Positions 18,461-27,803 are shown, numbered from the stretch's first letter. The stretch is 63,434 nucleotides of DNA from an uncultured Candidatus Saccharibacteria bacterium (GCA_964596325.1 CAZQSQ010000004.1:1-63434), one strand, 5' to 3'. A program made the numbers and translations. The notes: a model not told the origin generated them from the letters alone.

Positions 18461-19615
18461 ATGGCTGAAAAGACCGAAAAATTTTCACCGTTTTTTAAGA
18501 CCGCTTCCGGCTTTGCCCTTTTAGGCTTGATGCTTTATGCGCTGGTAATCATCGTCTCTGGTCTTCTCAGATCTCTTGCCACCGGCATTACGATCTTTGA
18601 AACCATCAGGGGCGACATTCTCATTGTTACGGGCCTACCCATATATTTTGCCGCCATCTTTATTATCAAGATTGTGGACAGATTTATGCCTCAGCCCATA
18701 CCAGAGCCCATCGCCAAAGTTGAGCCGGAAATTCTGGATATTCCCGAAGCCTCGTTGCTCGCGGATTTCCAGAATTATCAAAGCGACCCTGGCCCGCAAG
18801 CCAGCGCCAACACTATCCTGACTTTTCAAATCGCGCAAAGCCACATTAAAAGAATCTCCGGTCAGCTGGCCAAAGTGGCCGCCTGCACCAAGGCTAAAGA
18901 TTTGAAAAAGGAAAGGACTGTTTTGCTGGAATACGTAAACACGGCCTTTGGCGATATGCGCCAAGACCGTCCGCCACTGCAAGCCGTCGATCTCATCGAA
19001 AGGCTTTGCCACGCCTTACTCAAGCTCCCGCTGGAAGCCATCAACCGCTACAAGCATTGGCAAAATGAAAGGAATATTCTGCTCGGATTTTGCCGCCTTT
19101 ATGCCGATGACAGCGTCCGCCTCGCCAAGCTCAAAGATATCATTTCCCTTTATGAGCCCGAGGATGACATTGTCTGGATCTTGGAAGAAATCAACAGTCA
19201 TCGTTGCTTAAAAGACGAGCAGTCCGAAATTAAGGAAGTCTGGGCTACGTTTTGCAAAAACAAAAGCCGCTGCTTAGACAAACTTTGGGCTATGGAGCAG
19301 ATGCTTGATTTGCGTCGACAGCTTCTCCGCTGGCGCTACGCCAAGGATGTCCGCGATGTTCCGCCGCCTTTGGTGGCTCTTGCCGGGATAATGGAAATTG
19401 CCGGACCGCTCAACCCTAGTGATGCGGAAAGGTTCAAAACCCTTTTCAATTCACTCTTCTTCAGGCAGCCAAGCTACCAAGAAGTGGCCAAAATCACCCC
19501 GCTCATCGACATTGAAGCCCCATTAGCCGTCTGCCACAGACGCCACAAAGTTCTAAGGCATCCGCAAGACCCAATTCCTGGAAACAAGAAGAAAAAGAAA
19601 AAAGGGAAAAAGTAA
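18461..19615 (+). CDS. Hypothetical membrane protein with helical cytoplasmic domain
   Basis: SD AGGAGG; two N-terminal TMs; poly-Lys C-terminus. Confidence 0.75.
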   Translation: MAEKTEKFSPFFKTASGFALLGLMLYALVIIVSGLLRSLATGITIFETIRGDILIVTGLPIYFAAIFIIKIVDRFMPQPIPEPIAKVEPEILDIPEASLLADFQNYQSDPGPQASANTILTFQIAQSHIKRISGQLAKVAACTKAKDLKKERTVLLEYVNTAFGDMRQDRPPLQAVDLIERLCHALLKLPLEAINRYKHWQNERNILLGFCRLYADDSVRLAKLKDIISLYEPEDDIVWILEEINSHRCLKDEQSEIKEVWATFCKNKSRCLDKLWAMEQMLDLRRQLLRWRYAKDVRDVPPPLVALAGIMEIAGPLNPSDAERFKTLFNSLFFRQPSYQEVAKITPLIDIEAPLAVCHRRHKVLRHPQDPIPGNKKKKKKGKK

Positions 19616-19760
19616 ATCAGACTCAAATAATCCCCCAAATGTAACCGCAAACAAAGGCCGCCAAGGCCTAAAAAGCCCCCTCCCAAAGGGGGCTTGTTTT
19701 TTTGAAAGCTGATGGTATGTTGCATTGTGCATCTTTAATAAACAGCAAAAGGAGGCCCCG

Positions 19761-20123
19761 ATGGCCGAAGACCAAACGCAACGGCGCAAGAAAAAACTGT
19801 TGGCGGATTTCAGGCGCGCTATTGGGCGCCTGCGACGGAAACTGCGGTGGTGGTTTTTATACACTATAAAACCTTTGGGTAATGGGATGGGCTATGTCAT
19901 CGAAAAATTATTCGGAGACGATTCTCTACTTTTTCTGGCCCTGCTCACCAAGGAAGACAAACTAAGCTATGAAACCAACCGCGAAGAAATCAGAGAAAAA
20001 GCCGAGGAAGAATTGGGAAAATTTTCTCGGGAAGACGGTGTCGAAGTCTGGCAGTCAAAACGCTGCAAAGAAAATTATTTCGACCCCCACGACCATGAAA
20101 GAGGAGGGGAGTATCATGATTAA
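19761..20123 (+). CDS. Hypothetical protein
   Basis: SD AAAAGGAGG before MAEDQT. Confidence 0.65.
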   Translation: MAEDQTQRRKKKLLADFRRAIGRLRRKLRWWFLYTIKPLGNGMGYVIEKLFGDDSLLFLALLTKEDKLSYETNREEIREKAEEELGKFSREDGVEVWQSKRCKENYFDPHDHERGGEYHD

Positions 20124-20385
20124 AATAAACGGCGATAAACCCAAGCAAAAACTCCGGCAAGAATGTAAAAACGTTATAATCGGAGCTGTCGTTTTCACTA
20201 TCTTATTTCTGCTGGCGACCTGGTATCTGGTGAGCGTTACTTTGCCTGAAGAAGCAGTTGTCAGTATTATTGGCATTGTCATTTGCTTGGCCATGGTGGT
20301 AACCGTTATCCTTACCGTTATCCGGCAACTGGCAAAGCTCAAGGCAGAAGAAAAAGAGCTCCAGCAAAGCCAAATAGCGCCTTAA
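20116..20385 (+). CDS. Small two-TM membrane protein
   Basis: SD-led MIKING start overlaps the upstream stop by 8 nt. Confidence 0.65.
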   Translation: MIKINGDKPKQKLRQECKNVIIGAVVFTILFLLATWYLVSVTLPEEAVVSIIGIVICLAMVVTVILTVIRQLAKLKAEEKELQQSQIAP

Positions 20386-20494
20386 AATAAAACATTACAA
20401 ATGGGCCTTAAGCCCATTTTTGCTTACCTTGATTTTTTCGAAAATAATGATATAATATAATCGCTAAATTAAAAACTACATAAGGAGGTAGAGC

Positions 20495-21346
20495 TTGAAT
20501 AATAAAAGAAAAGTATTGATTTTTGGCGCCTCGTCAGGCTTTGGCTTAGCTATAGCCAAATTCCTTGATAAGCAAGATTATCAAGTCATCGGCACCAGCC
20601 GCAAGAAATTTTTCTGCCCCGAGCCATTCGGATTTGAAATACTAAATTGCGATATCAGCATCCCACAAACCGTGGCTTGGGCTATCAAAGAAGCGCATGA
20701 CAAACTCGGAGGGCTTGATGCCATCATCAACTGCGCCGGACATGGGCTATCAGGGGCCAGCGAAACGGCCACGCAAGAGCAAGCACAAGGACAATTTGAC
20801 GCCAATTACTTTGGCGCCGTCAATGTGCTTAATTGCGCCCTGCAACTGGCAGCTGGCCGGAAAGAACCGCCGCTCAAACTGATTCAGATTAGTTCGATTG
20901 CCGCTGCGGTGGGTGTTCCTTTCCAACCTTATTACTCTGCCAGCAAAGCCGCCATCGAAATGCATTTTGAATCGGTGGATCGCGAGCTTCTCGGCCAAGC
21001 TTTGCAGCTTGTGCTTATAGAGCCCGGGGATTTTGCAACCAATTTCACGATCAATCGGAAAAAAACAGCCTGCTTAAAAACAACCTCTCGAGACGAAGAA
21101 TCAATCCGCAACTCCTTGCGCAACCTCGCCTGTGAAAGGGCCGTAGGGGAAATGGAGCGCTCAGAAAAAAATGGTAGCAATCCGCAGGACCTCGCCAAGC
21201 TTGTCGCCCGCATTTTGCAAATGCGCCAACCAAAGCTCCGCTACCATATTGGCAAACCACTGGAAATTCTCGCCCTCTACCTTAAACCCTTGCTGCCCCA
21301 AAGCACTTTTCGCAGCCTTATCCGCGGCAATTACAAAATCAAATAG
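20495..21346 (+). CDS. SDR family oxidoreductase
   Basis: IFGASSGFG, INCAG, YSASK; promoter TTGATT-N17-TATAAT, SD and TTG start. Confidence 0.9.
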   Translation: MNNKRKVLIFGASSGFGLAIAKFLDKQDYQVIGTSRKKFFCPEPFGFEILNCDISIPQTVAWAIKEAHDKLGGLDAIINCAGHGLSGASETATQEQAQGQFDANYFGAVNVLNCALQLAAGRKEPPLKLIQISSIAAAVGVPFQPYYSASKAAIEMHFESVDRELLGQALQLVLIEPGDFATNFTINRKKTACLKTTSRDEESIRNSLRNLACERAVGEMERSEKNGSNPQDLAKLVARILQMRQPKLRYHIGKPLEILALYLKPLLPQSTFRSLIRGNYKIK

Positions 21347-21407
21347 CTTCCTTTGGAGGCTTTTTTCTTTATGGAAATTGTTTATTTAATTTGCTACCCT
21401 TACTTAT

Positions 21408-21479
21408 GCCCCTGTAGCTTAATGGATAGAGCACTGGTCTTCGGAACCAGTGATGTGGGTTCGATTCCTGCCAGGGGCA
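21408..21479 (+). tRNA. tRNA-Arg(TCG), CCA not encoded
   Basis: GCCCCTG/CAGGGGC acceptor stem; CTGGT-CTTCGGA-ACCAG anticodon arm; TTCGATT T-loop. Confidence 0.93.
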
Positions 21480-21494
21480 CTAATTAAAAATAAT

Positions 21495-21755
21495 ATGACT
21501 ACATTAACAGTAGTTAATATAAAATGCGGGGGATGCGAAAAAAGCATTGCCTCGGCCTTAGAAAAACTCGGCTGCAAAAATATTGCAGTTGACGTTGCCA
21601 AGCAACAGATCTCCTTTGAGGGAGGGGATATTGGCAAAATAAAAAAAGAATTGGCCAAAATGGGCTATCCGGAAGCCAGCAGCCCAGAGGCCAAGAGCCT
21701 CCTCAAAAAAGCCACCTCCTATGCCTCGTGCATGGTTGGCAGGTTAAAAAAATAA
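21495..21755 (+). CDS. Heavy-metal-associated (HMA/CopZ-like) protein
   Basis: NIKCGGCEKSI motif; C-terminal SYASCMVG. Confidence 0.85.
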   Translation: MTTLTVVNIKCGGCEKSIASALEKLGCKNIAVDVAKQQISFEGGDIGKIKKELAKMGYPEASSPEAKSLLKKATSYASCMVGRLKK

Positions 21756-21929
21756 ACATTTGAAAGAGCCTTTGCGGGCTCTTTTTTGTTTGCTTTGACC
21801 CTATTGACAAACAATATTTATATTACATAATGCAAATAGCGCTTACCCTGCAAGGCAGAGGAAACAACAAGCGCCACCGCGCCTACGGTCAAGCCGTAAG
21901 GTTAACAAAGCGGAGAAAGGACTTTAAAA

Positions 21930-22757
21930 ATGGCAATGAAAATTGAGGCAACGGTTGGTCTCTTACCAAAGTTGGTGGAAAATGGAAGCGGGGAAGCTAC
22001 CCGCCAAGTGCTGGAAACAATTCTCCCGATTTACAACAAATTTATACAAAGGAAACTTCATTGGTCCGATCCTGATCACAACTTCGGTGGTACCCCAGAG
22101 GCACGCATAATCATTCCTGTACCAAGAAACAGCTCCAACCCCTATGCCTATGCCATTACCGATCCTATTGGCATCCATGTTGTGGCCACCTCTTTCATTG
22201 AGGGAAACAAAAGCCACAAAAATTTCTTACTGGTTATTCCGCCACATGAAATCAAACGTTTTAACGACATTTTCTCTGAGGTCAATTTCGCCCTCGGAGA
22301 CAATGATCTTCTCGTCTGGGATAAACTCAAAGCCAACCGCGCCGAGCTGGAAAGTCTGACGCCCGACTACGAAGGCAAGCAGACCAAAAGGATGCTGGCA
22401 GAATTTGTAAAGCATTGTCAAAGATTTGGCATTTTCTCCGCTGCAGAAGCCCAAGAAAGAGAAGGGGAGTTTATCATTGCCTGTTCTCGGACCAGGGCTA
22501 AGGCCAAGGAAAATCGCGCCCGTTTCAAGGCAGATCTCGAACGTAAACGCTGTAGCCCTACGTCTCGATTCTATGATTCAAAATACTCAGATGGGACTTT
22601 TCCTGCAGCCGAAAGCAATGTAATGCAGAATTACATTGACAAGCGCTTTACCATTTACATACCAGAAAAATCCTGGCGTGGAGAAATGACGCTTTTCAAT
22701 CTCGCGAATGTGAGCATTGAAACCAAACCCGAAATCACACAGCTCTCAATTGATTAA
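21930..22757 (+). CDS. Hypothetical protein
   Basis: 275-aa ORF with its own TTGACA promoter, structured leader and terminator (aaacccgcc/ggcgggttt). Confidence 0.75.
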   Translation: MAMKIEATVGLLPKLVENGSGEATRQVLETILPIYNKFIQRKLHWSDPDHNFGGTPEARIIIPVPRNSSNPYAYAITDPIGIHVVATSFIEGNKSHKNFLLVIPPHEIKRFNDIFSEVNFALGDNDLLVWDKLKANRAELESLTPDYEGKQTKRMLAEFVKHCQRFGIFSAAEAQEREGEFIIACSRTRAKAKENRARFKADLERKRCSPTSRFYDSKYSDGTFPAAESNVMQNYIDKRFTIYIPEKSWRGEMTLFNLANVSIETKPEITQLSID

Positions 22758-22789
22758 TCACAAACCCGCCAATCGGCGGGTTTTTTATG

Positions 22790-22861
22790 TGCTCCCAGCA
22801 GGAATCGAACCTGCACCTGCAGCTTCGGAGGCCACTGTTGTATCCATTCAACTATGGGAGC
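22790..22861 (-). tRNA. tRNA-Arg(CCG), CCA not encoded
   Basis: GCTCCCA/TGGGAGC acceptor stem; GTGGC-CTCCGAA-GCTGC anticodon arm; GCAGG-TTCGATT-CCTGC T-arm. Confidence 0.92.
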
Positions 22862-22889
22862 AATACTCAATATTTGATTGTTCGATTCC

Positions 22890-23020
22890 TTTCCCAGCAG
22901 GCGCCGCCAAGGCGGCATACAAGGAATACTAAAATTCGCTGCGCTCATTTTGTATTCCTAATAATCGAACCTGCACCTGCAGCTTGCCAGGCCTCGTTGT
23001 ATCCATTCAACTATGGGAGC
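22890..23020 (-). pseudogene. Interrupted copy of tRNA-Arg(CCG): 61-nt insert after the T-loop, anticodon changed to GGC
   Basis: The 5' half, D-arm, variable loop and T-arm match the intact tRNA; insert at 22902-22962; 3' acceptor strand reads TGGGAAA. Confidence 0.85.
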
Positions 23021-23131
23021 AAAAGCATGTAAACCATATTAGCAATTTATAGCCCGGTTTCAATGCTTATTTGACATAAAAATGCTTTTGCTTAATAATG
23101 TCTCACTTAACAATTTATATAAAGGAGGTTT

Positions 23132-23269
23132 ATGGCGGAGGATAAAACAGAAAGAACCTGTTACGTGAACGATGATTGCCAGAAATGCGAGCAAAATAAA
23201 TTTTGCTCTTGGGCCTTCCGGGAGGACTTGAACATAAAGAAACTTGGTCCTAAAAGGGATGATTCTTAG
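23132..23269 (+). CDS. 45-aa four-Cys microprotein (not in the ORF track)
   Basis: TTGACA promoter at 23071; SD AAAGGAGG; MAEDKTERTCYVNDDCQKCEQNKFCSWAFREDLNIKKLGPKRDDS*. Confidence 0.65.
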   Translation: MAEDKTERTCYVNDDCQKCEQNKFCSWAFREDLNIKKLGPKRDDS

Positions 23270-23281
23270 AAAGGAGGAAAA

Positions 23282-23674
23282 ATGCCCTATATAGCAAAAA
23301 GTGTCAGGGATAAGCTCGACCCTCATATCGAAGCTATTGCCCAAGCCATCAGCGATCAAACAAAGGAGAAAAAAGACGAACTAGCTCTGGCGGGCATGGT
23401 TAACTATGTCTGCACGCGCATTTCTCTTTTAAGCTTCCAAAAAGTGCTTGGTAAATTCCGTTACAAATGGATAGCCCTATTCACGGGAATTTTTGAAAAC
23501 ATCAAACAAGAATTCCACGATAGGGTAGTTAAGCCATACGAAGCGGAAGCCAATTGGAAACATGGAGACTTGCCCGAGTTTATCCAAGCGGCAAAAGATT
23601 TGAACGAGGAAATCGAATTTTCTAGAAATTCCAAAGCCAAAACACGCCCCCACACACCCCCAAAATCGCCCTAA
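23282..23674 (+). CDS. Phage-like small helical protein (MPYI... type, DUF6899-like)
   Basis: MPYIAKSVRDKLD..GMVNYVCTRI..KQEFHDRVVKPYE..HGDL; SD AAAGGAGG. Confidence 0.55.
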   Translation: MPYIAKSVRDKLDPHIEAIAQAISDQTKEKKDELALAGMVNYVCTRISLLSFQKVLGKFRYKWIALFTGIFENIKQEFHDRVVKPYEAEANWKHGDLPEFIQAAKDLNEEIEFSRNSKAKTRPHTPPKSP

Positions 23675-23798
23675 AAAAGGGCTTTTTTCTTTAGGCATCC
23701 CTCTTGATTTATATTAAGATTTCAGTATAATATAACCAGATATTTTATAGCAAAATACCCTGATCGGCACATAGAAAAGGTTACTTAAGGAGGCATGT

Positions 23799-26700
23799 AT
23801 GAACAAGAGCAAGATTGCCGTGATTATCACAGTGATTTTTTGTTTAGCCCAAATGCTACAAGTTGCTCCAGTGCGAGCGCTTACAGTTTGCCCCAGCGGC
23901 AACTGCAGCATTTTGATCGAAGAAGTGTTGCTAAAAGTGGATGGACAAATCATTTCCGATAATGATAAGTCCACGATGATGACTAATGTTCCTTTTGAGC
24001 GAATTTTTCTCCCCGGAACGCAGATGGAAATATCCGTAAAAGCCTCTGGTCCGATTAATGATGTCGCTTATTGGTCCCTCTATTGGGGCACTAATGACAC
24101 GCCATCATTAATAAACAGCGACCGGACAATCTGCGCAAAATGCCCAGGCGAAAAATATGCTCCCGAAGGTGCACCGGTTTTTAATGTTAAATGGGTTGTC
24201 CCAAAGGATGCTAAAAAGTATTCCAAAATTTGGATTCAATCCTTTGATCAAACCGGTAAAGCCATGGGCGGAGCTAATACTCGCCCGCTAGTGCACAGTC
24301 AAACAATCATCAAACCGAGCTGCTATGTTTCAGAAATAAAAGACGTAACAGAGAGCAGTGCTACGGCCATTATTCACTTTGCAAGGCCGGGAAGCGTTTG
24401 GCCCTTAAACTCTTGGCTGGAGCTAAGAAGTGATTTGGGACAGTATTCTCCCAACCACAGTCAACCACTGGGAATGAGAATATTCCAAAATGCTCAAGAG
24501 CTTACCGAAAACCAAAATGAGTTTGCCGTTGTTTTGAAAGATCTCCTCCCTAATTCCAAATATTGGGTAAAAGCCATTGGAGCTAGCGAGGGCGGATATT
24601 GCCAGAGCAGGGAAGTGGAGCTAATTACTCTCTGCGCCTTGCCGCAGCTTAAGACTTTGCGCTGTTCTAAAATTGATTGGAGCCAAAATAGTTGGAACCA
24701 AACCGACAATTCGGCCTACTTAACTTGCGAAATAACATCATTTGGCGGCGATAGCTACATGGAAATTATGGTGCAGGGATTTAATATCAATGCACCCCAG
24801 GAGCGCTTTGGCACAGCTTGGCAACGCCTTGAATGCAGCCAATTTGACCAACTGCCAAATGAATTTACATTGCAAGCCGGCAAAGGATTTACAGCCGAAG
24901 AAGTTTATGACTTCGAATTCTTAGCGCGCAACAGCCGTGGAGAAATTGCCAGTGGCGGGCACAAATACTTTCCGCCGCCCTTTCCCGGATATAAACCGGA
25001 GATCGTTACAGGGGGAGTTAAGAAAGTAACTCCAGACTCGGCCGAGCTGGTCATTAAAGTTGTCTCCATTTCTCATCCGACAAAAATTTGGCTAGAAATC
25101 ACTGACCAAAAATTCGGAGATATATGGAACGGGAATAAATTTACTCCTGATCCCGACGCCAAATCCATACTCAGCGATTCACTGGAAGTGGATTTGCCCG
25201 GAGAATACACCATTACGGTCAAAAATCTGGAGCCAAACAGAGGTATGGAAAAACCGCCCTCTTGGATCAGAAAAGAGTATCCGCATCTCAAATACACACC
25301 GGCCTATTTATTTAAGGCGCACGCCTTAGATTTAACCACAAAAGAAACTGACAAAGGCGCGGACTGGTCAAAATTGGAAACTTATCGTACTCTCCAAAAG
25401 CCCAAAGTCACCACCAAGCAACCTATAAACATCACTTACAAAAGTGCGGATTTGGGAGCAATGGTTGATTTCTCGGGTTTTAGCAGCGAATGCGTAATTT
25501 TCTTCAAGTATTGGCAAAAAGGCAAAATGGCTACGACCATTCAAGAAACATTCCCTCGCAACCAAGTCAAAACTCGCTATGATTACGCAGATTTTGAGCT
25601 CATGGAAGCCACACGCTTTACGGCTGAAAATCTCGAGCCATACACTGTTTACTGTTACCAAGCCTATGTAACCAATGGCCTGACCAATAGCAAGGGAGAA
25701 CTGACTGAAGTACCCGCGGCCAACATTCAAGAATTCCGGACATTGTGGGGAGATAAAAATTCTATCTACGATACTCCCTTGATCCAAACAACCGGAGTTT
25801 TCCAAACCGGGCCAAATACCTTTTGCCTGCAAGGCAAACTCTTGGACTTTGGCGGTTCGGATTGGGTCGAAGTCACGATTGAATATTGGGGTTTAGACAC
25901 GCATTTTGAAGGAGAGCAATCCTTCATTTACGTAGGCTTATACCGCAAAGAAAATTGGCAAGACAAATATCCGACATTCGATGTTTACCGCAGTAATCTG
26001 GTCTTTGGAAAATCGTTTGTTTTCCGCTTCACAGCTCGCTCCAGTGCGGGCACCACCAAAGGATTTTTGATAGATTCTTCTGGGCAAAAAGTTGAGGGAG
26101 GCTTTTGGAAATTCCAAACCGACCCACTCCCCGGAGAACAAGTCAAACCGGAGATATTGCTAAAAAACATCAAAATCCTGATGCCAGACCAAACTGAAGA
26201 AAACCCCATACCTCAAGCCATCATTACTATCGATGTCCGGAATATGGGCACACCACCGCTTCCTTGGCTGGATCTCCAATACCTTTGGACGCGATACAGT
26301 GGTTCGATAATCGCAGCTTGGCCTAATACTTGGCAATACAAATCGGAAAAAATCCGAATAACTAAAGCTGGCGAATATTCCTTCCTGATAAATAAAGGCT
26401 TGGAATTTGGCCGCGCTTTCTTTATAAGCGTGAATGCGGAAAATGGAAGTATGTTAACTTGGATGGTACCGGAAAGTAAATTTTTCCCGCACTATTTCAT
26501 CATTAACCACCTTCCACCGCTTATCAAAGCCGCCAACCCTACCTTTATCAATAAACAAAATACCCTGGCTAATACCCAAGTAATACACCCGGGAACCAAC
26601 GAATGGGGAACTTTCTTTAGCTGGTTTGAAGTTGTAACTTTCCGCGGATCTGTCAATGCAATAAACAAGGAAATTACAGTCCTCCCCGATACTCTGAACC

Positions 26701-26963
26701 TGGACGATCAAAAGCTCAGCCGCACACTCTTCATGACTCCCAAAATATCCAGAAAAGGCACTAAACCGTATTCCTTCAGTATTAATGCCGATCCGGGACT
26801 CCTAAATCTACCCGATGAACAATCCGGAAATAAAACCATTTCCACTTACTATGCTTACCGCGCTTGGGCTCAAAACCAAGGCGGACAATACCATACTAGC
26901 TGGATAGTGATTACCGATGATACGTTCCAAAGGATGGATGAGATGCCATGGGAAAAACCCTAA
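23799..26963 (+). CDS. Large secreted surface protein with multiple FN3/Ig-like repeats
   Basis: Signal peptide; repeated 'VT..SA', 'L.P.T.Y...A...N' segments (e.g. NLEPYTVYCYQAYVTN). Confidence 0.7.
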   Translation: MNKSKIAVIITVIFCLAQMLQVAPVRALTVCPSGNCSILIEEVLLKVDGQIISDNDKSTMMTNVPFERIFLPGTQMEISVKASGPINDVAYWSLYWGTNDTPSLINSDRTICAKCPGEKYAPEGAPVFNVKWVVPKDAKKYSKIWIQSFDQTGKAMGGANTRPLVHSQTIIKPSCYVSEIKDVTESSATAIIHFARPGSVWPLNSWLELRSDLGQYSPNHSQPLGMRIFQNAQELTENQNEFAVVLKDLLPNSKYWVKAIGASEGGYCQSREVELITLCALPQLKTLRCSKIDWSQNSWNQTDNSAYLTCEITSFGGDSYMEIMVQGFNINAPQERFGTAWQRLECSQFDQLPNEFTLQAGKGFTAEEVYDFEFLARNSRGEIASGGHKYFPPPFPGYKPEIVTGGVKKVTPDSAELVIKVVSISHPTKIWLEITDQKFGDIWNGNKFTPDPDAKSILSDSLEVDLPGEYTITVKNLEPNRGMEKPPSWIRKEYPHLKYTPAYLFKAHALDLTTKETDKGADWSKLETYRTLQKPKVTTKQPINITYKSADLGAMVDFSGFSSECVIFFKYWQKGKMATTIQETFPRNQVKTRYDYADFELMEATRFTAENLEPYTVYCYQAYVTNGLTNSKGELTEVPAANIQEFRTLWGDKNSIYDTPLIQTTGVFQTGPNTFCLQGKLLDFGGSDWVEVTIEYWGLDTHFEGEQSFIYVGLYRKENWQDKYPTFDVYRSNLVFGKSFVFRFTARSSAGTTKGFLIDSSGQKVEGGFWKFQTDPLPGEQVKPEILLKNIKILMPDQTEENPIPQAIITIDVRNMGTPPLPWLDLQYLWTRYSGSIIAAWPNTWQYKSEKIRITKAGEYSFLINKGLEFGRAFFISVNAENGSMLTWMVPESKFFPHYFIINHLPPLIKAANPTFINKQNTLANTQVIHPGTNEWGTFFSWFEVVTFRGSVNAINKEITVLPDTLNLDDQKLSRTLFMTPKISRKGTKPYSFSINADPGLLNLPDEQSGNKTISTYYAYRAWAQNQGGQYHTSWIVITDDTFQRMDEMPWEKP

Positions 26964-27035
26964 GGCAAATATGCGAAGACTTATGTCTTCGCTTTTTTAT
27001 TTGCAGGGCAGGGGACGCATGGTATAATATTTTTA

Positions 27036-27578
27036 ATGAAAAATAAATCTGCCTGTTTCTTTGCCGCGCTTTTAGCCACCTTCTTTTTATTTTCTATAGC
27101 CTATGGAGCTACGAGCACTCCCAAAGATTTGGATTTTGATTTGCCCAAACCCTCTGCCCAAACGCCGATAGCCTGCGAAGCTTGGAAGGGCGGACTGCTG
27201 GAGGGTGTCTGCAAAGATCCCAGCAAATTGGAATTTTGCCACCTCTTTGTTTTGTTGGACAATATCATCAACTGGATAATGTTTGTGGCCATGCCCATAG
27301 CGGCTTTTCTCCTTTTGGTTTGGGGAGGGTTTAATTATATTATTTATCTGGAAAACCCGGCTAATGCCAAAAAATTCTGGGATACAGCCAAAGCTCTTCT
27401 GTGGGGTGCTATCGTTGTTTATGCCGCCTATGCCGTGGTTAACCTCTTCCTGATTATTGTCGGCGCCAAAATTTTCTCTCCGGAAGCCGGATTGGGACAA
27501 TGGTTCAAATTCCCTTGCGGAACCGGCACGCCGCCGGCGAGCACTTCCACCCCGCCGACCGGAGTCAGCGAATTCTAA
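27036..27578 (+). CDS. VirB2/TrbC-like (T4SS-type) pilin
   Basis: Signal peptide, Cys motif, two TMs (IINWIMFVAMPIAAFLLLVWGGFNYI..AKALLWGAIVVYAAYAVV); leaderless promoter. Confidence 0.75.
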   Translation: MKNKSACFFAALLATFFLFSIAYGATSTPKDLDFDLPKPSAQTPIACEAWKGGLLEGVCKDPSKLEFCHLFVLLDNIINWIMFVAMPIAAFLLLVWGGFNYIIYLENPANAKKFWDTAKALLWGAIVVYAAYAVVNLFLIIVGAKIFSPEAGLGQWFKFPCGTGTPPASTSTPPTGVSEF

Positions 27579-27681
27579 ATTCTTCGACCAATAATACATC
27601 AGCCAAAGCTTTCGCTTTGGCTTTTTGTTTAATAACGCCTTGCCAAAATATCAAAAAAATGCTATTGTCTTTTTTGTTCTA

Positions 27682-27755
27682 GCCTCCGTAGTTCAACGGT
27701 AGAACAGAGGACTCTTAATCCTTTAACGAGGGTTCGATTCCTTCCGGAGGCACCA
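27682..27755 (+). tRNA. tRNA-Lys(CTT)
   Basis: GCCTCCG/CGGAGGC acceptor stem; GAGGA-CTCTTAA-TCCTT anticodon arm; GAGGG-TTCGATT-CCTTC T-arm; CCA. Confidence 0.95.
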
Positions 27756-27803
27756 AAGCAAAAACCCGCCCTTATGGCGGGTTTTTGCTTTGCCCCGGAA
27801 GGA

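Noticed and set aside
11003-21494. Extended 5' ends of track ORFs (11003, 11735, 14543, 15301, 19725, 19969, 21450)
   Set aside because: They run through promoters, terminators, a tRNA or upstream genes; the internal starts (SD-led except the HMA gene at 21495) are preferred.
21838-21929. c-di-GMP-I riboswitch
   Set aside because: Only superficial two-hairpin resemblance; the GGCAAA/GACGCAAA core is not matched.
8966-26963. Prophage
   Set aside because: No terminase, capsid, integrase or replication genes, and core genes (cca, tRNAs) are interleaved.
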